This document shows positions 53,833 to 63,881 of a stretch of 64,000 nt of DNA, piece after piece. Below the pieces are notes generated by a model, which was given only the letters and a program-made list of their open reading frames with translations, did not search any database and was not told where the DNA came from. Each line of letters starts with the position of its first letter. Position 1 is the first letter of the stretch. Origin of the DNA: Bdellovibrionia bacterium. Lineage in GTDB: Bacteria > Bdellovibrionota > Bdellovibrionia > Bdellovibrionales > JAUICD01. The position numbers and the translations under genes were made by a program. The stretch is taken from positions 10,551 through 74,550 of the forward strand of contig JAUICD010000009.1 of NCBI GenBank assembly GCA_030427965.1, in the 5' to 3' direction.

Positions 53833-55244
53833 TTTTGCGTGGTTTTCTTTGGGCAATTTCACTTCTCGCAATTGGATTTCGTTTTGTTGGCTTGGAGCGG
53901 AAACCACCTCATTTTGATGAGGGCGTGAACTGGTTTTTTGTTCAAGAGATAAAGCGTATTGGCTTTTTTGAGTACGATCCAACAAATTATCATGGTCCAC
54001 TTCATTTCTATTTATTGTACGTCTTTGACTTATTTTTTGGTGATTCATTGATTGCCTACAGGCTTCTTCCTGTTTGTGTTTCAGTTCTTACAATTTTTAT
54101 TGCATACAATTTGGCAAAAAAAGTGAATGTCGTCCCTGTATTTGTTGTTGCAATTTTTGCGACAAGTCCTGCATTCACTTTTTACTCAAGGTATGCGATT
54201 CATGAGACGTCACTTGTGTTTTTTCTGCTGTTGTTTTTTTATTTGTTAATAAAATTTCTAGACAATCAAAAGGTTGAGACCTTCTTTTTTTCAGGATTGG
54301 CTTTAGTCGGAGCGGCCGCCGTCAAAGAGACTTTTGTGATACACGTGATCTCTTTTGTATTGGCTTTTTTGCTTATTTGGCGAACTCAAGGTGTTTCTGA
54401 TTTAAAGAGACTTGTTCAAAGCTTAGGTTTTAGAAAAATTGGAATCTGCTTATTGGGTTGGATGAGTGTTTTGTTTCTTTTGTATACGGGTTTTGGAAAA
54501 AATCTTACAGGCTTTCAGGATTTTTTTCTCGCCTTTTTGCCGTGGAAAGATATCGCAATAGATTCAGGGCATGCCAAGCCTTTTTACTATTGGCTAAAGA
54601 ATTTGATATTGTTTGAGGCGCCACTATTCTTTGGTTTGATTTTTGGAGTTCTGTTGATAAAAAAAATAAATCAAAAACAACGTGTTTTAATGATGGCTGG
54701 TTTATTGGGACTACTTTTCTACAGTGTGATCCCCTATAAAACCCCATGGTGTTTGATTTCTATTTCTTGGCCATTTGCGTTTTTTTGCTTTCAAAATTGG
54801 AAATCAAGGTACGTGGAAGTTTTGGTTTTAGTTGCTGTTTTGTTTTCATCGTACCAAAGCTACTCTCTGAATTTCAAACGCTATACGGATTCAGAGCACC
54901 CCTATGTCTATGTTCAGACAAGTGAAGAGTATTGGAAGGTATTTGAAATTTTGAATCAAATTGAAGGAGCAAGAGATCTGGAGTTTTTGGTTGTATCTGT
55001 TGGTTACTGGCCACTTCCTTGGGGTTTAAAGGATTTTAAGAAAACTCAGTTTCTTTCTGAATTTGACGGAGAGGTTATCTCTCCTCTTGCAATTGTTGAA
55101 ATTGAAAAAATGAAAAACCTGAGGCTTGGAAATGAGTATTGTGTAATTCCTTTTACTCTAAGAGAAGCCAAAAAAGATCATGTTCTTTTGATTAAAGAGA
55201 AACTTGCATTGGTGTCCTTAGGTGGGTGTCCAGGAGCTATTTAG
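53829..55244 (+). CDS. GT-C-type membrane glycosyltransferase (PMT/ArnT-like; resembles TIGR03663 family)
   Basis: 471 aa with start/stop overlap ATGA with batD. The first loop ...LERKPPHFDEGVNWFF... has a DE-type motif. About 10 or more TM helices. Confidence 0.7.
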   Translation: MILRGFLWAISLLAIGFRFVGLERKPPHFDEGVNWFFVQEIKRIGFFEYDPTNYHGPLHFYLLYVFDLFFGDSLIAYRLLPVCVSVLTIFIAYNLAKKVNVVPVFVVAIFATSPAFTFYSRYAIHETSLVFFLLLFFYLLIKFLDNQKVETFFFSGLALVGAAAVKETFVIHVISFVLAFLLIWRTQGVSDLKRLVQSLGFRKIGICLLGWMSVLFLLYTGFGKNLTGFQDFFLAFLPWKDIAIDSGHAKPFYYWLKNLILFEAPLFFGLIFGVLLIKKINQKQRVLMMAGLLGLLFYSVIPYKTPWCLISISWPFAFFCFQNWKSRYVEVLVLVAVLFSSYQSYSLNFKRYTDSEHPYVYVQTSEEYWKVFEILNQIEGARDLEFLVVSVGYWPLPWGLKDFKKTQFLSEFDGEVISPLAIVEIEKMKNLRLGNEYCVIPFTLREAKKDHVLLIKEKLALVSLGGCPGAI

Positions 55245-55486
55245 TAGAACCCCGCACATTCTTTTATTTTGGCTTTCCAATGTGAAAGTTTTTAATATAA
55301 AAGCTATCTCCCCCCGGGGATTGAAATTTAAAAACAAGAACGCTGTTATGCTTGCCAATCCGGTGTTAGATGTACTTCACTTAAATATCCAGGTTTATTG
55401 ACAGTTCGTAGCTCTCTTGATTAGATCTCTTTCTAAGTATTAGTGGTGACTTTAATTGGGACATAGAGCTTAGGGTAGTTTCAAGG

Positions 55487-57064
55487 ATGGGCTTTTTATT
55501 TTTATTTGTGACCACTTCAACATTCATTGGGCTTGTGCTTTCAATGTTTGTTGGGAAATTGGCCTATCCGGAGACCATTCTTTTCTTGGGGCTTCTTTTT
55601 AGTTTTTTTCTTAAAAAATATCTTCCAAAGCAAGATGCAAAGAACAAATCAATGATGACTTGGGGGATTCTTGTTCTTGTGTTCTTGTATGGCTCTTACT
55701 TCTTCTCTGGATTGATATTTGTGGATGGAGATATAGTAAAAACAAGTCATCCAAATAATTTTGGAGACCTTCCTTTTCATATAGCAATTATTCGAAAGAT
55801 AGCAGGCGGAAGTGATTTTTGGATTGGGAATCCGATATTTTCAGGTGAAAGGTTGAGCTATTACCTGGGAATGGATTTTTTTGCATCTCTATTTGATCAA
55901 ACTGGAATGGATCTTAGCGTGATTTTGATTGTCACCGGGATCATTGGTCTTTGGATTCTGGTTTTTCAGCTTTTTGAATTTGGTGGTTTGATATTAATTT
56001 TATTTTTCTTTTTTGGAGATCTTCTATCGCTTGAACGTTTTGTCTTTGAGTCTTCTCATTGGAAGAGTTTTTTCGAATCACTTTTTTTACCACAACGTGG
56101 ATTTCTTATAGGTCTTCCTTTGGGGCTTTATGTGATTCGTGGTCTTAAGACATTGGGGAAATCCTCCACAGAACAAAGCCTTTTGGGTTTTCTTTTGGGA
56201 TCTCTTGTACTGTTTCAGACTCATAGCTTTGTTATTGTTTTTGGCTATGTATTGTTTTTTGTTGCTCTCAACGGAAAGTGGGAGAGATTGAAGGTTTTTA
56301 TTTTTGCCACGTTTGTTTTTTCTGGAATCGGGCTCTTTTGGGTTATGGGAACCCATGGAAGTCCTCTTCACTTTGTAGCAGGTTGGATGAATTTGGGGTT
56401 AAATGCTCTGTACCTGCTCTTCCTTTCTTTGGTTTTGATTTTTTTCTTATCCCTTTACTCTTCCTACAGATTGAAGCGATTTGATGAGATGGCGTTTGGT
56501 TTTCTTGTCTTGATCTTTTTTAACTTTATTTCTCTAGGGTATTGGGAATGGGACAATATAAAGTGCCTGATGTGGGGTGGGGTATTTTTAACACGTCCTA
56601 TTGGTGAGCATTTCGGTGGAAAACTACTGGAATGGGGGCTTTTGGGGGTCTTTTTTGCGGTTATGGGATTTAAGGTCTCAAGCTTACCTGAGCCCGTTGA
56701 GCTCTACTCACTTCCTGAGCTCAAAGCAAGCGAGGTATTGCTAAATGAGGTGAGGGGGGATGAAGTTATAGCAGGGGCTCCAAGTTTTCGGCACCCAGTG
56801 TCGTACTTTGGTCGGCAGTTACTTATGGGGTATCCTGGGCACCTCTGGTCCCATGGGTTGAAGTATGAGGAAAGACTGAAAGACCTTGAGGGGATTCTCA
56901 ATGGGGAGGAGGGCTGGAAGAAGTTGGCCCATCGTTGGAATGTGAAGTATATATATTGGGGTGAAATTGAACGAGAGAAGTATCCAAACTCAAAGAAACC
57001 ATGGCACAAGTCTTGTGTTAAGAACCAAATGGTTGAGTTATGTTCTTTGCCTGGCTTTCCTTAG
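55487..57064 (+). CDS. Polytopic membrane protein, YYY/DUF2298-like (resembles TIGR03662 family)
   Basis: 525 aa with many TM helices. ...FWIGNPIFSGERLSYYLGMDFFASL... resembles the DPWFAG..LNYYYFG signature (recalled). Confidence 0.6.
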   Translation: MGFLFLFVTTSTFIGLVLSMFVGKLAYPETILFLGLLFSFFLKKYLPKQDAKNKSMMTWGILVLVFLYGSYFFSGLIFVDGDIVKTSHPNNFGDLPFHIAIIRKIAGGSDFWIGNPIFSGERLSYYLGMDFFASLFDQTGMDLSVILIVTGIIGLWILVFQLFEFGGLILILFFFFGDLLSLERFVFESSHWKSFFESLFLPQRGFLIGLPLGLYVIRGLKTLGKSSTEQSLLGFLLGSLVLFQTHSFVIVFGYVLFFVALNGKWERLKVFIFATFVFSGIGLFWVMGTHGSPLHFVAGWMNLGLNALYLLFLSLVLIFFLSLYSSYRLKRFDEMAFGFLVLIFFNFISLGYWEWDNIKCLMWGGVFLTRPIGEHFGGKLLEWGLLGVFFAVMGFKVSSLPEPVELYSLPELKASEVLLNEVRGDEVIAGAPSFRHPVSYFGRQLLMGYPGHLWSHGLKYEERLKDLEGILNGEEGWKKLAHRWNVKYIYWGEIEREKYPNSKKPWHKSCVKNQMVELCSLPGFP

Positions 57065-59315
57065 TTTGTTCTTGTTTGAGTCTGCAAACGCAGCTCTTAA
57101 ACCTTACTATCTTTCAACAAAGGATAAGATTTCACATTTCCATTGGTGGTCTGAAAAAGACGTCAATCAACAGTTTATTCGCTTGAAGGGTCTTCCAAAG
57201 CGTCTTTTTCTATTAAAGAAATATCACAAAACAGGCGACAATCAAAAATGTGTTGAGATCGGTCGGTCATTGCGTTCAAAAGCTCTATCTATTTCGCCAT
57301 GGGTGATTCGCTTAGAACTAGAGTGTGCAACTCGACTTTTGGATATAAAAAAATTCAAGGTGGATCAGGTCATTCCTATTCAACGTGCTTTGGATAAAAA
57401 ACCAAAGTGGATGATGATTGGGGCTTATTCAACCTCACTTCGTCAAGCGTGGATAAATTCACAGTTTTCGGTTTTGAATTGGTATCTCACCAATTATCCA
57501 GCACGTGGTTTTGGGGTCTTAGATCAACTTTTTTCTCGTCTTAGTTGGCTTAACGAAACTCAGGCGGCAGAACTTTTTCGTAAAGCGGGGGAGTTGGCAT
57601 TTATACGCCAAAACCTATCTGCTGCAAGGTCCTACTACACGAGAAGTCTTAAGATTAAGGATGACCCTGAGTTGAGAAGCAAGATCAAGTCCATTGAATC
57701 TCGACTGTTGAAGTTTAAAAAGAAAAAAGAATCCGATGAAAAATCAGTTGTTGTTTCAAATGATGATCTTGAAGCCAGTGAGCGGGAGATTGAGATCACC
57801 AAGCGCATTTCTGAAGGTTTAGAAAAGGGAGACTTGGTTCCTGCAATTGAAGACTGTTTGGTTTTGATAAAAGACTACCCTAGGGGTATTCGTGCAGACT
57901 GGGCTGCAGATCGAGTTGCTGAGGTGTATATCAGTCTTTTGGATGCTCAAGATGAAAAGTTTAAAGTGATTGAGCAACGTGTGACCAATTTGATTGTTTC
58001 TTCAAGCGATGAAATGCTTTTTTTGTGGGCTTATAAAGTTTTTAGAAAAGGTTACTTTGAAGAGGCTTACAATCTAGCAAGAGGGGCTTTAAAAAAATCA
58101 GATGGACGTGAGCCTTCAACAAAAGAGCTTATGGTACTTGCTCGTGCAGCCTACGCCAATGGCGATTGGGGCAATGCCAAGAAGTTTTATAAGCGTATTT
58201 TTGAACTTCATAGTGGAACAGAAGGCAGTCGCGAGGCTCTTTTTCGACTTGGTCTGCTAGCGATGCGAAAAAAATCATACTCCGAAGCTGCTGGGCACCT
58301 TGAAAGGCTTCTTGTCTTACCAAATTTAGACAAGTTTGAACTGTCAGCCAGGTACTGGTTGTATCGGGCATTACAGAAAATCGATAAGGAGCGTGCTAAG
58401 TCTCAAGTCGATGTTATTTTAACAAGGTTTCCTCTTTCCTACTGGGGCTTAAGAGTTCGAGCGGATCAGAATGCGGGTGTGATCGATCGCCTTGGGCCAG
58501 AATCAGAAATCAAAGAAGAAGTTCGTGTAAAGATTGATTTAACTGAACCTGAAAGTGATGCCATTGTTCGTATAAAAACATTGATCAATTCAGGTTGGCA
58601 TGAGGAAGCTCAATTGGAACTTGCGGCATTTCCAAGTTTTGACACCTCTGAATCAAAGGCCTTGTTTGCCAGGCTTTGGTTTGCAGCAGATGACTATTTA
58701 AAATCGATTCAAGTTATGAATGAGGCGTGGAATGAAGATTTGGAGCTGATTCGTTCTCCATTTATTGGATTTGCTTATCCACGAGACTACGAACCCTTGA
58801 TTAAGAAGTTCAATACATCACTCTACCCAGAACTGATTTTGGGATTGATGAGGCAGGAAAGTGCTTTTTACACACGTGCGGTGAGTTCAAGTGGAGCGTT
58901 GGGGTTGATGCAATTGATACCACCCACTGCTGAAGAGGTGGCCAGTGAGTTGGGGGTGAAAGATCTTAAGCTACCAGAAAGTATGTTTGACCCTGAAATG
59001 AATGTGAGATTTGGGACTCATTATATAAGTAAGATGGTTCGCGAGTTTGGAGGGAATATTCCTTTTGCCGTTGCTGCTTACAATGCTGGACCCCATAGGG
59101 TTAAGAGTTGGATTGAAACTCGTAAGCTTAAACTTAAGGAATCTATAGAGCCACAGGATGAGCTTTGGATTGAGGAGCTTCCGTGGTCAGAGACTCGGTT
59201 TTATGTAAAAGCCATACTTAGGAATATATTGATTTATAGGTATCTTGACGCAGGTCGAGTCGAGGTAAAAGGGCCGTTCTGGAAATTGATAGCGAATGGA
59301 AATAAGTCAGATTGA
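57015..59315 (+). CDS. slt: Soluble lytic murein transglycosylase (Slt70-like)
   Basis: C-terminal SLT domain (LMRQESAFYTRAVSSSGALGLMQLIPPTA...AAYNAGPHRV) after a long superhelical region. The GTG at 57015 gives signal peptide (M)LRTKWLSYVLCLAFLSLFLFESANA. The track start at 56961 overlaps the upstream gene by 104 nt. Confidence 0.85.
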   Translation: MLRTKWLSYVLCLAFLSLFLFESANAALKPYYLSTKDKISHFHWWSEKDVNQQFIRLKGLPKRLFLLKKYHKTGDNQKCVEIGRSLRSKALSISPWVIRLELECATRLLDIKKFKVDQVIPIQRALDKKPKWMMIGAYSTSLRQAWINSQFSVLNWYLTNYPARGFGVLDQLFSRLSWLNETQAAELFRKAGELAFIRQNLSAARSYYTRSLKIKDDPELRSKIKSIESRLLKFKKKKESDEKSVVVSNDDLEASEREIEITKRISEGLEKGDLVPAIEDCLVLIKDYPRGIRADWAADRVAEVYISLLDAQDEKFKVIEQRVTNLIVSSSDEMLFLWAYKVFRKGYFEEAYNLARGALKKSDGREPSTKELMVLARAAYANGDWGNAKKFYKRIFELHSGTEGSREALFRLGLLAMRKKSYSEAAGHLERLLVLPNLDKFELSARYWLYRALQKIDKERAKSQVDVILTRFPLSYWGLRVRADQNAGVIDRLGPESEIKEEVRVKIDLTEPESDAIVRIKTLINSGWHEEAQLELAAFPSFDTSESKALFARLWFAADDYLKSIQVMNEAWNEDLELIRSPFIGFAYPRDYEPLIKKFNTSLYPELILGLMRQESAFYTRAVSSSGALGLMQLIPPTAEEVASELGVKDLKLPESMFDPEMNVRFGTHYISKMVREFGGNIPFAVAAYNAGPHRVKSWIETRKLKLKESIEPQDELWIEELPWSETRFYVKAILRNILIYRYLDAGRVEVKGPFWKLIANGNKSD

Positions 59316-59366
59316 GCTTACTTAATTTTTGCGGAATAATAAGAGGATACTAAAGAGGTGTGTGCA

Positions 59367-60719
59367 ATGAGGGTTTTTCTACTTTTGATCTGTGCTTTGA
59401 GTCTTTCAGCATGTGTTACAAATTCAACGAGAGAAGAGGCTTCGTTGACTCCAGATGCTCCGGAATTAAAACCAACGAGTGGAGATTTCAGAAAGGTTGT
59501 TAAGTCAGAAGATCCCAACTCACCATTTGCAGCTCCTGTTCCTAGAGCCATGAATGAACTTGTTGAGCAGTGGCTGGATTACTTTCAGGGGCGTGGACGA
59601 GTTCATATGGAAAAGTATCTTTCACGCTCCACAAAATATGCCCCTATGATGAAGCGGATTTTAGCTGAACAAGGACTTCCTGAGGATTTGATTTACGTTG
59701 TTTATATTGAATCTGGATTTAGTAGTGTTGCAAGAAGTCGCGCAAGTGCTGTGGGATACTGGCAGTTCATACGTGGAACTGGCAGAAACTATGGGCTTAA
59801 GATCAATGGATACCTAGATGAGCGAAGAGACCCCGAGCTTTCAACGATTGCAGCTGCAAAGTATTTCAAAAGCCTCTACAGCTTGTTTGGATCTTGGTAT
59901 TTGAGTTTGGCGGCTTATAATGCCGGAGAAAACAGAATCAAGCGTGTTGTAATGAAGAATCATACTCGTGACTTTTGGTATTTGGCCCAAAAAAGACAAC
60001 TTCCAAGTGAGACGATGCACTATGTACCGAAGTATTTGGCAGCTCGCTTAATTGCCAAAGACCCGGCTAAGTACGGGTTCACCTCTATTGATTACAAAGA
60101 CCCAATGAGTTTTGCAAAAATCCCAGTTAAAAAGCCTATGAGTATTGGGCTTTTGGCAAAACACATAGGAATGAACCGCTCCGAGCTTAAGAAACTCAAT
60201 CCGGCATTTTTAACAGACTATGTGCCCGTGATTCGAGGGCGTGAGCAGTTTGTACGTGTTCCAGTGAATTTACTTGCATCTGCTGAAACTGCAGTTGGAA
60301 AAAGTATCGTGAAAAACTCCCGTTTAGCTTCAAGCCTCAATATGCGGGATTACATAAAATACCGTGTTCGACGTGGGGACACTCTTTCACATATTGCAAG
60401 ACGATTTCGTACACGAATTTCGACTTTAAGACGGATCAACAGAATGGGTCGCAGATCGATGCTTCGTGCGGGGCAGGTGATTAAGGTGCCTAACCGTAAC
60501 ACTCCTCAAAGTCGATATGGTAGTGTGAAGGTTGCAAAATCGGCATCCAAAAAGAAATTCCGTTCAAGTGGGGACTCGGTTCATGTGGTGCGTAGAGGTG
60601 AGACTCTAATCGATATTGCAAGACGGTATCGAGTGTCGATTGGAAAGATTGCGCGAGCCAATTCGCTTCGCAATAAATCTCTTATTCGAATCGGTCACCG
60701 CCTTGTCATTCCCGACTAA
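59367..60719 (+). CDS. mltD: Membrane-bound lytic transglycosylase lipoprotein with two LysM domains (MltD-like)
   Basis: The ATG at 59367 gives MRVFLLLICALSLSAC (lipobox). SLT motif is YIESGFSSVARSRASAVGYWQF...AAYNAGENR. The LysM domains are YRVRRGDTLSHIARRF and HVVRRGETLIDIARRY. Confidence 0.88.
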   Translation: MRVFLLLICALSLSACVTNSTREEASLTPDAPELKPTSGDFRKVVKSEDPNSPFAAPVPRAMNELVEQWLDYFQGRGRVHMEKYLSRSTKYAPMMKRILAEQGLPEDLIYVVYIESGFSSVARSRASAVGYWQFIRGTGRNYGLKINGYLDERRDPELSTIAAAKYFKSLYSLFGSWYLSLAAYNAGENRIKRVVMKNHTRDFWYLAQKRQLPSETMHYVPKYLAARLIAKDPAKYGFTSIDYKDPMSFAKIPVKKPMSIGLLAKHIGMNRSELKKLNPAFLTDYVPVIRGREQFVRVPVNLLASAETAVGKSIVKNSRLASSLNMRDYIKYRVRRGDTLSHIARRFRTRISTLRRINRMGRRSMLRAGQVIKVPNRNTPQSRYGSVKVAKSASKKKFRSSGDSVHVVRRGETLIDIARRYRVSIGKIARANSLRNKSLIRIGHRLVIPD

Positions 60720-61031
60720 GAGCGCCTCAGAAACCCTCTCGCTTAACCTCGTGTCAAATTGGTGATATATCTGGGGTATCAGCTCTTTTGATGGTAGGGG
60801 GTGGAGCCGACTCCCAGTTGGCGTATTATGACAATTCAAGAAATAGCCATGTGATTACGATTGATACACCCAAGCTGTGTATCAAGGTGAGAATCACTCC
60901 ATCAACTGTAATTCAATTCATTTGATATTTCTTTATTAAGAAATTCTTTATGGCAACTCTTTTGCAATTTAAAGCTTTAGGGTGCCAGAGTCTCATACCG
61001 AGAATGCACCCCAAAGGTCATAGGGGGAGAA

Positions 61032-62225
61032 ATGTTTAAAAAAACAATATCTATATATATCGCGGTATTTGCGCTGAGTTTTTCATTGAATGGTTTTGCT
61101 GAAGATTTCAATGAAGTGGTATTGGGGTTGAGCAAATCCACGAACAATACTGAGCAGAGAACTGTCATAGACGCTTCAAAGCGTTTTGCTACAATTGGTG
61201 GTTCAAAAGAGGCCGCTCGTCATTTGATGACAGTTCTTGGAGAGTCTATTGCTCCGCCAGATCCAACGGGAGATTTGAATTCGCCAGAGAGTAGAGAAAT
61301 TGTAAAAAACCGGATCAGTGCAGCTAGAATAAGAAGTGAAGCCTTGCGAAGTCTTCTGGTTATAATGGGTGAAAACAAAGATCTTGTAACAGAAGTGGAT
61401 TTAGAGAGATTGCGTCGAACAGCTCAGTATGACTTTGGAGATGAAAATAGAGGTTATGCAGCAACAGGGTATGCTTTACTTGAGCCAAATCTACAAAAAG
61501 CTCGTGAGTTTTTAAGACAAGTTCAGTCCTCAGATGGAGAAAAGGTTTTTTCTGGAGAGTACACTTTGAGCGACGGCGTACAATCGGAAGTACGAACAGG
61601 TTTTAATTCAAAAGGTGAGCCTCTATATAATATTTCATGGCGCATATGGGGAGAAAAAGGAGGGAGGCTTGGCTCTAAAGGCCTCCAATTGAGTGGTACA
61701 AGAGCAGAGATCAAACAACAAGTCTTAGAGCAGATGGATTTGAGTATTGTAGATTTGAAGTCTAGAGCCGAAAAGTTGGTGAAGCACTCGCCGACCAGAT
61801 ATCAAGCGATTCTCGATCGAGTTGCAGAACTTGAATCTCAGAGGAAGAAATTTGCAGAAAATGAGGCGATCATTCCATATGGAGATGGTCATAAATGTTT
61901 CGTTTCTTTAAGCAGAGATCAGTTAGTGAACAAAGTTAAAATTGAAGACATGATAGAAAATCGAAGTCGAGCACGCTATATGTCTGAAAACTTAGAGGGC
62001 GCAAGGCAAATTTCCGTAAGAACAGCAGTTAAGGAAAGACTGCATCCATTTCTTTCTACTGAAGAAAGAGCTGAAAAAGCAAAAAATGAATCAGCCAACT
62101 TCTATCGCCGTAGAAGCCGAGACCTTGCAGAAAGATGTTCAGTGTCAGTTCATGATGAGTTGGTAGGCTCAGCACAAGCGGCCGTATCAACATCACCTCA
62201 ACCTACAAGTGGCACTGTTAATTAA
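61032..62225 (+). CDS. Hypothetical secreted protein, tandem paralog 1
   Basis: 397 aa with signal peptide MFKKTISIYIAVFALSFS. The first 54 nt are identical to the next gene. No family recognised. Confidence 0.75.
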   Translation: MFKKTISIYIAVFALSFSLNGFAEDFNEVVLGLSKSTNNTEQRTVIDASKRFATIGGSKEAARHLMTVLGESIAPPDPTGDLNSPESREIVKNRISAARIRSEALRSLLVIMGENKDLVTEVDLERLRRTAQYDFGDENRGYAATGYALLEPNLQKAREFLRQVQSSDGEKVFSGEYTLSDGVQSEVRTGFNSKGEPLYNISWRIWGEKGGRLGSKGLQLSGTRAEIKQQVLEQMDLSIVDLKSRAEKLVKHSPTRYQAILDRVAELESQRKKFAENEAIIPYGDGHKCFVSLSRDQLVNKVKIEDMIENRSRARYMSENLEGARQISVRTAVKERLHPFLSTEERAEKAKNESANFYRRRSRDLAERCSVSVHDELVGSAQAAVSTSPQPTSGTVN

Positions 62226-62349
62226 TTGTTTAACCACAGGAGAACTGGAATTTACGTTAGTTTTATTGATTGGATTTAGCGCAGACTCAATCTGATCTCA
62301 AAGAGTTAATAAATAGAGCTTATTTTAATAATTAAACCATGGGGGAAAA

Positions 62350-63711
62350 ATGTTTAAAAAAACAATATCTATATATATCGCGGTATTTGCGCTGAGTTTT
62401 TCAATGAACAGCTATGCTGAGAATTTGGATCAAACTGTATTGTCGTTAAAAAAATCAACGTCCAATTCTGATCAAGATAATCTTGTTTTTGCTTCAGGTC
62501 ACTTTGCTTCAGTTGGTGGTTCAAAAGAGGCCGCTCGTCATTTGATGACAGTTCTTGGGGAGTCCATTGCTCCGCCAGATCCAACTGGAGACTTACGGTC
62601 ACCTGAAAATCAAGAGATTGTAAAAACTCGCATCAGTTCTTCTGGAACAAGAAATAAGGCATTACGCAATCTTCTAGCTATAATGAGTGAAAACAAAGAT
62701 CTTGTAACAGAAGCGGATTTAGAGAGATTGCGCCGAACAGCTCAGTATGACTTTGGAGATAAAAACAGAGGCTACGCAACTGCAGGATATGCTTTACTTG
62801 AACCAAACCCACAAAAAGCTCGTGAGTTTTTAAGACAAGTTCAGTCCTCAGATGGGAAAAAGGTTTTTGATGGGGAGTACACTTTGGATTACGGTGTGCA
62901 ATCTAGAGTGCTAACTGGACTCAACTCAGAAAATGAGCCTCTGTATGATATTTCGTGGAGAGTAGAAGGAGAAGGGGAGAACAGAGATCTTGGTTCTAAA
63001 AGGTATGTGCGATTGAAAGGTACAAGAGCAGAGATCAAGCAACAAGCCTTAGAGCATATGGATACTGTCATTGCAGATCTGAAATCTAAGGGCGAGAGAA
63101 TAAGACAGTCTCCTACAGCTAGAGATCAAGAGAGGGCTAAGCATGAGCTTCAAGAGCTTAAGTGGAAACTTGATGATTGTAAGATTCAAGGTATTAAGTG
63201 TGGGAAAGTGAACCTTCTTAGGCTTATGGTCGATGTTAAAAGAGCAGAAGAGGGCATTCCGGCAATCAGGTATCGAGCGATCCTTGATCGAATTGCAGAA
63301 CTTGAGGCTCAAAAGAAACTCTTTGCAGAGAATGAATCAGTTATTCCTTACGGGGCAAGCCACCTTTGTTTGGGAGGGGACGTGTTAGCCAATAAGGTTG
63401 AAATTGCGGATATGATGAACAATCGAAGTCGAGCACGATATATGTCAGAAAACTTGGATCAAGTTCGTAAGCTTCCACTTCGATCTACTGTGCAACGAAG
63501 CCTTGCACCGTTACTTCCAGATAGTGAAAAGGTGTGGAAGAGATATAAGCCTTATGGAAGTTATGTATTTAATGCAGGTTTAGGTGATGACCTTAAAGGT
63601 TTTGCTGAAGAGTGTGAAGACTCTCTTCACAATAGATTTGTAAAAAAGTTTACAAATCCGGCAAAAGCACAAGTCGTGTCGTCTCAATCAACAAATGGGA
63701 CTGCCAACTAG
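62350..63711 (+). CDS. Hypothetical secreted protein, tandem paralog 2 (with internal insertion)
   Basis: 453 aa with the same signal peptide and long near-identical stretches in the N-terminal ~200 aa. It has extra segments relative to paralog 1, including ...QELKWKLDDCKIQGIKCGKVNLLRLMVDVKRAEEGIP... inserted before the shared RY.AILDR.AELE block. Confidence 0.75.
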   Translation: MFKKTISIYIAVFALSFSMNSYAENLDQTVLSLKKSTSNSDQDNLVFASGHFASVGGSKEAARHLMTVLGESIAPPDPTGDLRSPENQEIVKTRISSSGTRNKALRNLLAIMSENKDLVTEADLERLRRTAQYDFGDKNRGYATAGYALLEPNPQKAREFLRQVQSSDGKKVFDGEYTLDYGVQSRVLTGLNSENEPLYDISWRVEGEGENRDLGSKRYVRLKGTRAEIKQQALEHMDTVIADLKSKGERIRQSPTARDQERAKHELQELKWKLDDCKIQGIKCGKVNLLRLMVDVKRAEEGIPAIRYRAILDRIAELEAQKKLFAENESVIPYGASHLCLGGDVLANKVEIADMMNNRSRARYMSENLDQVRKLPLRSTVQRSLAPLLPDSEKVWKRYKPYGSYVFNAGLGDDLKGFAEECEDSLHNRFVKKFTNPAKAQVVSSQSTNGTAN

Positions 63712-63777
63712 GTGCTCGAGACAGCCTTTTCCGACTGACTTCGTGTCAATCTGGTAAACGAACTGTTTGATATAATG

Positions 63778-63809
63778 AAAGGCGCTGTGCAAATAGCGCC
63801 TTTTTCTTT
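63778..63809 (+). terminator. Rho-independent terminator after paralog 2
   Basis: AAAGGCGCT-GTGCAAAT-AGCGCCTTT, followed by TTCTTT. Confidence 0.8.
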
Positions 63810-63881
63810 GGGGGTCTCAAGCCCTCCGCTTGGTCTTGTGTCGACAGGCGGGTTCATGTTTCCTTTAAGGATAAATCGGAT

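Noticed and set aside
61032-63711. Diversity-generating retroelement or phase-variation mechanism for the tandem paralogs
   Set aside because: No reverse transcriptase gene, template repeat or invertase is present. The mismatches between the copies involve all base types, not adenine-specific changes.
60745-63760. Shared short motif C(C/T)TCGTGTCAA(A/T)(T/C)TGGT about 25-30 nt downstream of the stops of mltD (60719) and paralog 2 (63711)
   Set aside because: It is only about 15 nt with mismatches in two copies, which could be chance. No structure or function can be argued.
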